Positions 53,401 through 64,000 of a stretch of DNA of 64,000 nt are shown in pieces (the stretch's first letter is position 1; each line of letters starts with the position of its first letter). Under the pieces are notes generated by a model. It was not told the DNA's origin. It worked only from the letters and a program-made list of their open reading frames with translations, and made no database searches. The stretch comes from Leptogorgia sarmentosa (lineage: Eukaryota), in contig OZ210885.1 in NCBI GenBank assembly GCA_964658305.1, forward strand, positions 2,852,001-2,916,000, written 5' to 3'. A program made the translations under genes and the position numbers.

Positions 53401-55814
53401 CATGCAATGAATCGTTTCTTATAAAGTAAGAAGTTGTGACAGAATCAGGCTGATACATTCGATACTTTTCTTGAATTAAGGTTGTGCGTGCAAGAACTGG
53501 TACCCCTGGACGTGACACAGCATTTCAAGATTGGAATTTCTTATCCGCTCCTTTGAATCTGTCAACAAAATCAGAAAGAGTACCCGAGGTAATAATACTG
53601 GATGGCAGGGGGGAGGGGGTTGTTCAAAGCTAGGTTAGCGCAAACCCTGGGTTAAAATTTAACCCAGTGTTTTTGGTTTGTGTGTTTCCCCGTATCTGTT
53701 TCCTCGAAACTCCTACTGGGGGAAACCTTTATTTATCCAGACAAGATTTCTGAGGAAATATCTCTAAATTCATGAACAAAGTGTTGAAGTATTTGCTTTC
53801 AATTTTCAAATTAACCCAGTGTTAAACTCACTGGCTTTTCAACAACAAGCCCCAGAACATTACAAATCTTCATATCATGCCTAATTAAACGTGTATTAAT
53901 CAGACTAAATATGTCAGATATGACTGTAAAGGATTTCCGAACATAGTATATGCTATGTTCAAGGAGCTAAAGTGGCGCTTTTCATTCTAAACTTTTTTTT
54001 GTAGATGTATCAACGCTGTACAGAACCTGCTGAAGACCATGGAACGCTTCATGGTATGGCAAAAAATTCGTTTTACTTGACGTTGTTTTCTCTTCAACGC
54101 ACCATTTTTTATCCATTCATGATCGCCTCTGTCACTTTGCCAGTTGCCAAATCAGATCTATTGCTCTGCTGTGAAATCTTAGGTATCGCAGTGAAAAGGT
54201 TTCTGTACATTACAACGAATATATTGCGTCAAAACAACGTTAATATTCGCAGTTAGAATTTTATCTTCATTATATTTAATATAGTGAACATCATACACCC
54301 AACCCATGGTTAAAATGTAACCATAAAGTTAATTTCGCGGTAGTTTCGAAGTCACCAGTATTTCTACAAAGTTAATAACAAAGGCCCAAAAACCTTCGTT
54401 GTGTAGATGCGATTGCTGATTCACAAACTAGAAAACATTCCTTGCCAACATCTGACTGTGCGCGACCACATGTTAACAAGACCCGACAATACTGCTGGAC
54501 TGAGCAAGCAAAAGAAAGCTCAAGAAGGTCAAAGTTATCGAAGAATAATATTTTAGTTACCAAAGAGGTACAACACTTCATACCTTGAGGTCTTCAGCGC
54601 TTAATCTCGCAAAGAAATCACTTAACATCATCAACACATCTGCTCTTTACATCTGTTCTGAGAAGTGAAAAATGCGAGAGAAATAGTACATTTAATATAA
54701 TGATCATTCAATATTAACTCTTTATTTTTGCGATATACTCACTTCTAAAAAAATCTTACTTCATAGGCGTTACAGGAAACGGACACGAAAATCATCAACT
54801 TGCTCTGGGATTTAGAAATGAAGGTAACTAATGGTGAACAGCATTACATGTCTATTTTTCAATGAAAGTTTCCTGCCTTATGAAAAAGCGGTTATCTGAA
54901 GGGATATTATACTTTGTAAGAGTTGAGTCAATGAAGGCATCAGTTTTTCATTGAGCCTTCAACGGATGAAAACCAACATCACCTTAATAATTTTTCATAA
55001 CATGCATGGTGAACCTCATCCAATATTTGCCATTTTATAATTATCGTTTAGCACTTTTGCACTTTTATATTTTTAATATAGGATACACTTTTGAAAATTA
55101 GGTCGAAAGACCAAGTGCCTAAAATAAGACGGAAAGTTTCCAGACAAGAAAATGAAAAAAACAGCAGCTTAGAAACAAGCACATTGGGTAAGCACGTATA
55201 ATTATTAGTTATTGTTCGAAATTTGGTTAATAAGTGAAGTGCATGATAACACGGCATGTAGTTTTTGTTATATTAAGCTTTGGGTATATTTTTATTCGTT
55301 TAGACGATGAAGTTGCTGCAAAACATAAACAAGTAAGTATTGACGAATGTTTGCTGCACTGAGATGTACGATGATCTGCATGACGGTATATAGTTATGAA
55401 GCATGATAATTTAAGATAATAACAATTACCATGATTTTCACGTATATATACCTGTGACCCGATTTTATAGTCTCAACCAGTTGTTTTAAAGCGGCAAATT
55501 ACCAGGGACCGGTTGTAGCTACGTTTTAACTACCCGTTCGTAGTTAAATTATGATAGTTAACTATAAAATACGCGTTTTTGATTAGTTAACTTTCGCATT
55601 CACCGATCAGTGAATTCCACTTCAAATCCTTTTATTGCCGTATTTTTATAGAAAATACCGACAGTATCACCAAGAGATATTCCCACGAGTGCGTCTGAGA
55701 TCTGCACACAACTCAACGCAAGATCTAGAAAACGCGATCAGTTGTTATCCCGTGGCAGCTTCCGAAAGAACACGATTCACTCTTTTGGTATTAAATCTAA
55801 AGCAAGATGCATAG
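47468..55814 (+). CDS. Uncharacterised 17-exon protein (~485 aa) with a degenerate EF-hand-like region
   Basis: Exons 47468-47633, 48201-48222, 48807-48855, 49098-49228, 50020-50122, 50379-50420, 50671-50738, 51083-51167, 51645-51716, 51956-52045, 52618-52680, 53481-53588, 54005-54053, 54407-54567, 54767-54823, 55304-55332, 55652-55814; all GT-AG, total 1458 nt, no internal stops. Contains ELKTIRIAFEVYE..LRTLKMC..LTLYEFMELL. Start exon is tentative. Confidence 0.72.
49323..49520. mobile_element. MITE (CTGGGGCTGGTTGTTCAAAAG / CTTTCAAACAACCAGCCCCTG)
   Basis: ~30-bp TIRs; related element at ~53615-53855. Confidence 0.7.
52179..52455. repeat. ~140-bp intronic tandem duplication
   Basis: ATGACAGTTCATCTT ... 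TTTGCTGCATTTTATCTGCTCCCT occurs twice (52179-52310, 52320-52455). Confidence 0.85.
53030..53102 (-). pseudogene. tRNA-Thr(AGT)-like pseudogene or tRNA-derived repeat
   Basis: GACCTCGTAGCTCAGTTGGTAGAGCATTGCCCTAGTAAACCAAAGGTCGCGGGTTCGATTCCCACCGAGGCCA, 73 nt. Intact A and B boxes, but 2 mismatches in the anticodon stem and 1 each in the acceptor and T stems. Confidence 0.7.
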
Positions 55815-55856
55815 AAACTAAGCCAACGTAATATAAGGCGTGTATCTAGCGATATC

Positions 55857-56867
55857 TCATTGGAACAAATACTGGCGTCGCTGAAAGTATTTTGTCGGAC
55901 AAAGGAGAAGGCATGTTGGCGAACACCTTTCCTTTTGTGGCGCTGCATCACAACAACTACCAGCATGCTTTGCGTGGATCGTAACTGAAATCGAGTACAA
56001 AATACCTAAAAGACCATAACGTGTAAATAAAACTTAGATAGTGATGATAATAATTGCTTGTTTGCAATCACGTGACTTTTTGACGGGCAATTGAACAACT
56101 TGTACACGATTTTTCTCAGTATTCAAGTGCTTGTAGCAATATAAAGTAACGTTAACACATCTAAGACTTAAATTGTCTCTAAATCTTAAAATGTCTCCAA
56201 TGGATCGATTTTCGTCGTACTTGCCCGTAAACTGAAATTCCAAATTTACGCCATTGCAAACAACCTATACAGATAGTCGCAAAGCATTCTGGTAGTTGTC
56301 ACCTGACATAAAGCCTGTAGTACTTGGCAAAACGTTTTACAGTAACGTGTAAATGTGAGGTTTGTCGTTCGGGATGACTGTGGCGTTATACCTAAATGTG
56401 TAAGAGAAAGCCCTGACAAAATAAACATGACGCATTTAAACTCAGTTGTGTATAATATTTATTGTTTTTTAATGTTTATATTCTCTATAATTTGAGCTCA
56501 GACTTGGCCCAGACCAGAAATTGTGGGCCAGTAAAAAAAGGTGGCCTGGCCTGGACTTGCCTTACACTTTCCTGGTGTGAACGGGTTTTACCTTTCGACC
56601 CGACCCAGGCAAGCGTTGTTGCTAAGGTAGTCCGAGCCCGCAAGCAATTGGTCAGATTAATTGAAAAAGGAAAACTGGAGGGAAATCCATATTCGCACAG
56701 ATTTGAGCAGTGCCAACCCAGTGAACATGTTTCGTCACGTGTGGTCCAGCTAAGGTACGGGTAAAAAATCACTGCAGTGTAAACACGGCTTTACAGCAAA
56801 GCAAATGTCAGATGTTCCGATGGATCGATCGGTTCCGCCAAAAAAGGCTACTTACGGTTGGACACAT
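55857..56867 (-). CDS. Possible small 3-exon gene (~117 aa), unknown product
   Basis: Exons 56867-56856 (MCPT|GTAAGT), 56264-56072 and 56005-55857 join in frame. No recognised domain; the second donor is weak. Confidence 0.25.
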
Positions 56868-57219
56868 TTTACCGATGGTTCAATACCTCGTTTTTATTAA
56901 AAACCTTAAAAATAAATAAAATATGGCAACCGTCAAAAGTCCGTACAACATGTATATATTGTATTAGTATTGTATTAGTATTCTTTAATTAATAAACACG
57001 TTAATAAAATATGGTAATTGGTTTTTCTTTCGGCTAGTGTGACTTGTCTTTCAGTCTTTTGACTTATTATATGGAAATTGAAAGTTCGTTCAACCTCGTT
57101 GCTCTGTCAAGTAGCGACATCCTCTTTTCAGTCCAATGTCATATATATTGTGTTGTGTTTTTGAGACATGCAAATGTATTATCTTGCACTGCGTGACAAA
57201 GGTTTACGAGCAATTTCAA

Positions 57220-60200
57220 ATGAATTTATCAAGAAGATATAATTGTTATTCTGTTTTATTTGGGGTTTTCCTCTTTGGAAAAGGTAACTTTGATCCTTCA
57301 GTGTGCTAGTACTAAACTAATGTTGGTAGTTTACTTGGGTAGTTTCACATTCAAATCTCCGAATTACTGGGTCCATCTCTGTAAAAGCGACGTACGGCTG
57401 GTCTGTACATGGCCGGTGTATAAAAAAAATTAAAAAATGCAATCCTAGAAAAGAAATCAAGAAAGCAAAACAGGCAATAGGCAAAGTATATATATGACAA
57501 TATCACCGCAAAGAAGGTTTTTCACAATGACTAATCTGCTAAATTTGGGTATTGGAGGTACATGCAGTAGCCGCTAGAAATTTAGCTTTTATAGTAGTTG
57601 GAAAATTCCTTTAAAATGTTAATAACTATCACATTGTGAGTTGTGACTTACATCAACATGTTTATGATCACAAATTGTTCTGATATTTTGCTATGCAAAT
57701 GGATTAATTCTTCTAAAGCCTTGTTTGTAATGATTTTATTCTAAAATATTTCAACCGCTTTCTTATTTCAATGCTTAGGCATCTCAAAATGACTGCTTCT
57801 AGTTAAAATATTTTTGGGAAACCATTTTGCGGGGGAAACCAATTGCTCGGTAGTTTTATCTTGTAATATTTGTTTTAAACCTTGCCAATTTTGTGAACCC
57901 TCATTTCTAAAGCGACTCGAGTTAGTGTAAGCATGGACAATACAATATCGGTTTTTTGTAGTGCTTTTATGTGAAATACCATCACGGGAAAGAATTAAAT
58001 GTAAAGACGCTTCATCACGACAAGATTGTTCAAAGACATGCTGTTTTAATGCAACAACAATTCCCAATTGTTATTTCCAAAAAAATGGTAGGAACTTTGG
58101 GTGCATCAGCAATTCAGTATGTACTAGCTGGCGTACCAAAAAAACGCTAACATTGAAAATAATCTATTGTTGGAATTTAAATGCCCAGCACTATAAGGTT
58201 AAACCCAAGAGTGCATAAAAAGTTGAAAATTTCTTAATAGCTATTGAAATTCTAACAATAGATTATTTTAAATGCCAGCGTTTTTTTGGGACACCCTGTA
58301 TATCTTCTAGCATTACTGTATCTCCCTGTTTATCCACACCCTTGTTAATTGCTGCTTAGTTCGCATTGTCATTCATAGAGACTATTATATATTTTCACCG
58401 CTCATTCATGTCACGCACGCCCGTTTACCAACACCAGTTACGTCCGCGAACACGAATTACAGGGATCAGAACTTGATCACTTTTACCACCAGTTCGACAT
58501 CGCTACTCTTACCATTAGATGGGACCCTCATACAGCCTTGAACTTATCCACCATTTATTGACCATAAAAAAATCTTCATCATTCGGAACATGTCATGCAT
58601 GTTCAGTTATTCATTCTTAATGCTCTTGTAAAATGTGCATGCTGATATAGTGTAGCTATTTACAGGAAACAATATTAATTTAGGTAATTGCACCCATTAA
58701 TTTAGGGAAACAATATTAATAATGGTAATTGCACTGAATGGAGTACAATCAAACGTGTGATTACAAAATTGTACGAGGCCAAATGATCGATAGCCTGGCA
58801 ACTTCATTTATCCATTATCACATTCATTTTGAAATTTTTCTTACAAAGCGAAAGCGCCTGCAAAAGACACACTTTCCGAATTTTCCTTCTGAATGTTGTA
58901 GCATAGCAACAATTGGAAAATGAGCTTTAATTGTGAAAGTATTTTATTTTGTACGTGTTAAATGCAAGTAAAAAGAAACGATACATAAATATTAAAGGTC
59001 AACACAAGTAGGTTTAAATGTATAATAGGTTTATGATTTATCACTTATAGCATATGGTCCAATACAACATTCTAATGAACTTTGTATTAATGTGAAAGAT
59101 GACAACCGCACCCTCATTTGGTCACGTGACTGTTCGTCAGAAAATGCTTTCTTCTTGGTTTCACATGATTATCCACCTTATCACGTGGCTACTGGGAAAT
59201 GTGTTTTGCCAATGACGTATGTTGTGTAGAAAATTAATAGTGACATAATTTTACATCATGAAAGTATAGCCAGTATAGATACTATAAATATGAATTGTAA
59301 AGACTGTATATTAGTAATAAATTTTTATTAATAAACTAATTAATAAAAGAATTAGTATAGGAAATTACACGGTTCGAGAAGTATTAATGAAAAATTGCAC
59401 GCGTGTTTGGCGAAATACCGCGAGTGCGAAGCACGAGCGGTATTTCGCCAAACACAAGTGCAATTTTTCATTAATACTTCGAGAACAAGCGCAATTTCGT
59501 ATTAATATCATTGTAGTACACGTTCACTAACCCTTTTTGTCCAAAGTTGACAATAAATGACAAAAAAAACAAGAATTTTGGCGTTGATTTAAGCGTTTAT
59601 TTATTTGTTTTTATAATGTATCGCGGGCTCGAAACCGTGCAATTAAGTTTAATTTGCACACTGTGCAAATTAAAGTTTAATTTGCACAGTTGTTGAAGCT
59701 TTTTAGCCAATCAGCGTCCAGGAAATTGGACGACAACAATGATATTAATTAAATAATTGATAAGAGGTTAAAAAAATAGCCAGTAATACGTGCAACTCCA
59801 AAGACCCAATGATTATATCAACACAGACCCAAAATGGTCCGCTTGACGAAAACTATTGCAAAACAAATGAAATAATTTGCTAAAAGAAATAACTTCAGTT
59901 GACTATTTAATTATGCAAGTCTGCAATGTTCAAAATATTTTATGAGGGCCACGATTTCATTGTTTGTTTTAATAATAAACATGGTACATTGAATGACACG
60001 GCAACTTCATTGCCGTGTCAACTTTTGATATAGTAGTATCACATTTAGCTATATAATTATTATAAAAAAATGTGATTGCTTAGTTTCTCCTGTTAGTTTA
60101 ACAGTAGCTAATTTGAGATTAAGAACACCCATGCTTGTACATATTTCACTTGGTTCCATTTAAGAGATAGGTAGTCGCGAAAGCTTGTTGTTCAATTAAA

Positions 60201-61326
60201 TTTGATGAAAAACGTATTTTTGTTTTCCATATTCTTCATGGCTGCAATTTCTTATTAAGTAAATTGTTCAAATCCATTTTTATGTGTCCTTTTTCTTAGG
60301 CCACTTTTTGATCCAGGAAAGTATACAGTTCTTTACCTGAGAAGTCGCCAACATTGCAGTAGTGAAGCTGTAAGTTATCGAGCAACGAAGAATGGCAACC
60401 TAGAATACTTCTACTTAAAACGAGCATATCGGTTGTGCATAGGAGGCCAATCTCTCAATGAACCACGTGAAAACGATAAAGTATCTATTCAGGAAGCTGT
60501 TTGCTCCGTTAACAACACTTGTAAACTTAGTTATAGTAAGTACTAAATACAGTGACATTAATTCCGGCAGAAACGATGTCACGTTATAAGGAAATTCGTG
60601 AAATTTTGTCCCCCTCCCCACACACATAACTGAATTTCCGTGACGCATTTTCTCATGCGTGCACTGTGCATAATTACTACAAGCTCCATATTTTTGTATT
60701 TGCATGGAAGTTTTGTCATAATTTGATTAGCTAATTTGAAAGAAGAGCAAAATCGCTGAAGTTATGCAATGTTAGATGTGAGTCCTTAATTAAAAGCGTA
60801 AAAGTGTAATGTTAACAGGGCCTATTCCAAGGAAATTTCAATACTGCGCACTTCAGAACAAATTTCGATATCGACGATATCTTGTGACGTCATGCTTTAA
60901 CGTTTAAGTCATATAAATCTCAATTTTTATAAAGGCAAAATTTGTACTAAAGGTTTAATATTGGATTTACTGCAAACTTGCTTTGGCCAAACTTTGATGT
61001 GACTTTGCCAAATTTTGCAAAGTCATTTTAGAAATCTGAACTTCATTTTTCGTGGGCATTGTTCTCTCAGGACATCTGAATGATGTAAAGTTGAAACTTT
61101 GGACCTCAAAACTGCACACTAAAATAGGCCGTGAATGTTAATATGTTCCGGACGTTTTATTTTACAGTGTATGAAAGGAGGTTTTCCGAAGGAGCGAGTG
61201 TCAACCTCAAGTGTAAATCGTGTACAACCATTGAGAATATTTGGGCAAATTACGTTGTGCAGGTTCCAGGAGAGTACAGGGATTATTCTAAGGAAATTTT
61301 ATCACTGCACAAAAGCGCAAAAAATG
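57220..61326 (+). CDS. 5' part of a secreted or membrane protein: signal peptide - trefoil (P-type) - ricin-B-like beta-trefoil - SUEL/Gal-lectin-like
   Basis: Exons 57220-57283, 57962-58087, 59051-59216, 60300-60535, 61168-61326; phases match. Trefoil CEIPSRERIKC..C...CCF..PNCYF; ricin-like IQHSNELCI / HVATGKCVLP / GNLEY..LCI; SUEL-like EGASVNLKC..IWANY. 3' end not found in the window. Confidence 0.75.
58122..58300. mobile_element. Tc1/mariner-type MITE
   Basis: Right end AGCGTTTTTTTGGGACACCCTG|TA; degenerate left end GGCGTACCAAAAAAACGCT. Confidence 0.6.
59355..59750. repeat. Palindromic dispersed repeat, same family as 24078-24310
   Basis: Arms AAGTATTAATGAAAAATTGCAC..GGCGAAATACCG / CGGTATTTCGCC..GTGCAATTTTTCATTAATACTT. 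Confidence 0.8.
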
Positions 61327-62006
61327 GTAAAATTTATGTAAATATAACGTTGTTTTAGAAAAGCTCTGACTGCCCTGCATGAGTACATGCACTGATTCTG
61401 CAACTTAAAGTTTACCTATTGACTAATTCTATGCGGCCAAATTACGCAATAATACACATGTGTATAGTGTATGTATACTTGCTTTTGGAGACAATAAAAT
61501 TGCTGGGGCTACTTTGTCTTTGGGTTTAACTACTATAAATGTACTCCACATACCACAATAGACTGTCACAAGTGAAACTGTGAAAAGAAATTAATGTATT
61601 AATTGACTACATAACGTCATACTCATAACATTACATATTGTATTATTGTAAGACGGTTATTATATGATTATAATTAAAGCTTGCGCCTACGAACGTGCTC
61701 GAGGAATAAAGTTGTAAATATATCGATTAACACCGGCAGGAAATATCTTAACCAAACCTTAGAATACTTCTCAATAGAGTACATCTTAGAATACTTCTCA
61801 ATGGAGTACTTCTCAATACAATAACACGTACCTGTCAGCGTTGAACCATTGATCGAATAAATGTTTGTGATTTAGGCATAATTGTTACTTATTAATATTA
61901 GTAAAGTAGTTACTTAAACCAACGTCGTAGCTGATTGGTCAGTTTTACTTCCTTAGCAACAGGAAAGCAACTGAACGCGCTGTCAAAATACAATTGATTG
62001 GGAAAG

Positions 62007-64000
62007 ATGGCAAAAAAGCAGTCAACGCTTGATTTCTTTATACGAAATGCTAATGAAGCAAACGAACCAGCTCAAGCGTACATGGCGAATGGTAGTTCAA
62101 ATTCACAATTGCTACACGAGCAGTCAGATCAATCGAGTGAACTCAACGAAGCGAATAATACCGAAAGTTCTTCAACTTTAAGCTCAACAGTTTCAGGTGA
62201 CAGTAATTCTGAGGCTGAACATGACTCTGTTCTCCACGAAACTACATCAAAAGAAATTGAAGTGGTGCCTACTAAATCTGGAGAGAGAAAAAGAATAAGA
62301 TGCAAAGTTTGCAATGAAAATTCGGATGTTGTTAAAAGGTTTTGCTACAGAGGTCGAATTCCCCCCATCTGCACACCAACAGGAGCAGAAGCCCGTAGTG
62401 GAACAACAGCAACCCATCTCAGAAGTGAAGCTCATAAAGAGTCCGTTAAGTTAAATAGAATCAAGGGGTTATCTTCGTCTGAAAAATTACAAGCAATACC
62501 CTTATTCAAGATAGCAAATGCACAAACACATCTTCTCGCCAATCGAATCGGTAAATTGATAATTCAGGTGTACAACGATGCAAAAAATTTGTCAATTTCC
62601 GCCTTTTCCTGGCCATCAAGAGTCGTAGCTAGTGAAATTGCTCACACTTTCGATTATAACAGTCCTTTTGAAGAGTATGACGCGTCAGTATTCGACTTAC
62701 AATACGTCACACCAGCAAGTCATCAGCAACTTTTGAAAATTATCGTGCAGGCCGACTTACCAAGATTTAAAGAAGAAATCGATGATTGTCTGGCAGCGTC
62801 TTTCCGTTGTGATGCTTCAATGGATCGTACTCAAAAAGATAACGAGTTCATGTTGTTAAATGTTATTAACAAACATGGAAACGAATTGCTTCGTTATGTT
62901 GGTCTTGGCCATGTTAAAAATAGAGGTGCCAAGGGTCATTTAGAAGCATTGAAGGAAGGCGCAACTGATACAATTGGTTTGAATAAAGTGTTGACCATTT
63001 CCAACCATATGACAACGGATGGGGAAAACAAGAATGTCGGTGAGCATAATGGGCTGTGGAAATTGATTGATGATGAAAGAGCCAAAGAAGAAGCTACCTT
63101 TCCAATGTTGAAGTCAGTCTGTGCAGTTCACTCTTCTGCATTAGCGTACCATGACCTGTGTAAGGACGTTTCAGAAGTAGATACTCTGATACGAAAAGTT
63201 TCTGGCATCTCCTCATTTTTCCATGCGTCAGCAGTTCGTACGGCAGAGCTTGAAAAGTATGCTAAAGAGCAAGACCTTAAAGTTAGGCGCTTACCAAGGT
63301 ATTACGAAGTCAGGTGGACGGAATTTACAGCAGGTTTGATTGACGCTGTTCTCATCTCTTGGAGGGCACTTATGGTGTTTTGTGAAAGATCAGAGGAAGA
63401 GCAAGCGAAAGGTTTCGGGAAACTGTTCTCAAACAAAGACAACTTAATGCTTATGTGCTTACTGGGCGACGTTCTTTTCCTTCTGAAGGTGTTCCAGAAG
63501 AAGTTGCAAGGAGACGACGTAACAATCGTTGATATTGTCCCAGAAACAAAGAAGTTCATTGCCAAAATCGACAAATTACACCAACGCCCAATTCTTGGTG
63601 GATGGGAAGATAAGTTTTTACAAAGCTACGATGAGGAAGATGGAACATTTTTTGGGAGAGTTTTGTGGCAAAAAGAACGACGCACATCTCGTAGAAATCT
63701 CTATGTTTCCGAAAGGAGAGCGTTCTCCGCGATAAAGGTTGAAGTATTACAGTCATTGCGTAATTTTATGGAAACAAGGCTCAAGATAGATGATCACATG
63801 AAAGAAAATTTTTCTTCATTTGTAAAGTTTACTGCAAGTGAAGCAGTTATCCGAGAGATTCATGCTTCAGTGGCACCGGATCTCGACCTGCGATATCTGG
63901 CACAAGAGTATGAAGATGTACAGGAAAGCACCATGCATAAAGGCAACCCCAAAGCTTTATTGCAAAACCTGTGTGCAAATTCTAACAAGACTGAAACGCT
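62007..64000 (+). mobile_element. hAT-superfamily transposase (ZNF862/KIAA1586-like), uninterrupted ORF of >=664 codons, truncated by the window end
   Basis: ATG at 62007; zinc finger CKVC..HLRSEAH; catalytic-type Asp in RCDASMD and TTDG; CAVH (CxxH); EVRW; FQKKLQ. No stop before 64000, hence absent from the ORF track. Confidence 0.9.

Noticed and set aside
55652..55831. Alternative reading frame for the last exons of the 17-exon gene (KIPTVSPR..)
   Set aside because: Including exon 54407-54567 gives a phase-consistent and more protein-like frame (ALQETDTKIINLLWDLEMK..KYRQY).
60337..60399. Minus-strand exon with good splice sites (CHSSLLDNLQLHYC)
   Set aside because: The plus-strand exon 60300-60535 fits the flanking exon phases and continues the ricin-like fold.
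62129..63756. Short ORFs listed in the track over the last 2 kb
   Set aside because: Antisense or out-of-frame shadows of the transposase ORF.
1..64000. Prokaryotic features (operons, CRISPR arrays, defence systems)
   Set aside because: The genes have spliceosomal introns and animal domains; no regularly spaced repeat-spacer array was seen.

Overview
AT-rich, intron-containing animal DNA. The repeat families, hammerhead-like remnants and lectin repertoire suggest a cnidarian, possibly an octocoral (inference, not a database result). All gene models were spliced by hand using GT-AG sites with phase checks. In order: (1) a complete 9-exon short-type ABCC/MRP4-like transporter (-); (2) an intronless class-A GPCR (+); (3) a 7-exon tetraspanin (+); (4) a secreted, highly cationic, probably amidated peptide precursor that looks like an antimicrobial peptide, whose promoter is one arm of an inverted duplication (+); (5) an 18-exon secreted mosaic protein with two triplets of H-type-lectin-like repeats plus follistatin/Kazal, C-type lectin, 3 EGF, sushi and SRCR domains (-); (6) a GT14 core-2/I-branching GlcNAc transferase (+); (7) a 17-exon uncharacterised protein with a degenerate EF-hand-like region (+); (8) the 5' part of a secreted trefoil + ricin-B-like + SUEL-like protein (+); (9) an uninterrupted hAT (ZNF862/KIAA1586-type) transposase ORF running off the window end. 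Genes 3, 7, 8 and 9 are largely or wholly missing from the supplied ORF track. Intergenic and intronic DNA holds many MITEs, a Gypsy remnant, tRNA-derived elements and degenerate hammerhead-like motifs. The best novelty candidates are the peptide precursor, the 6x H-lectin-like mosaic protein, and their clustering with other glycan/mucus-related genes.
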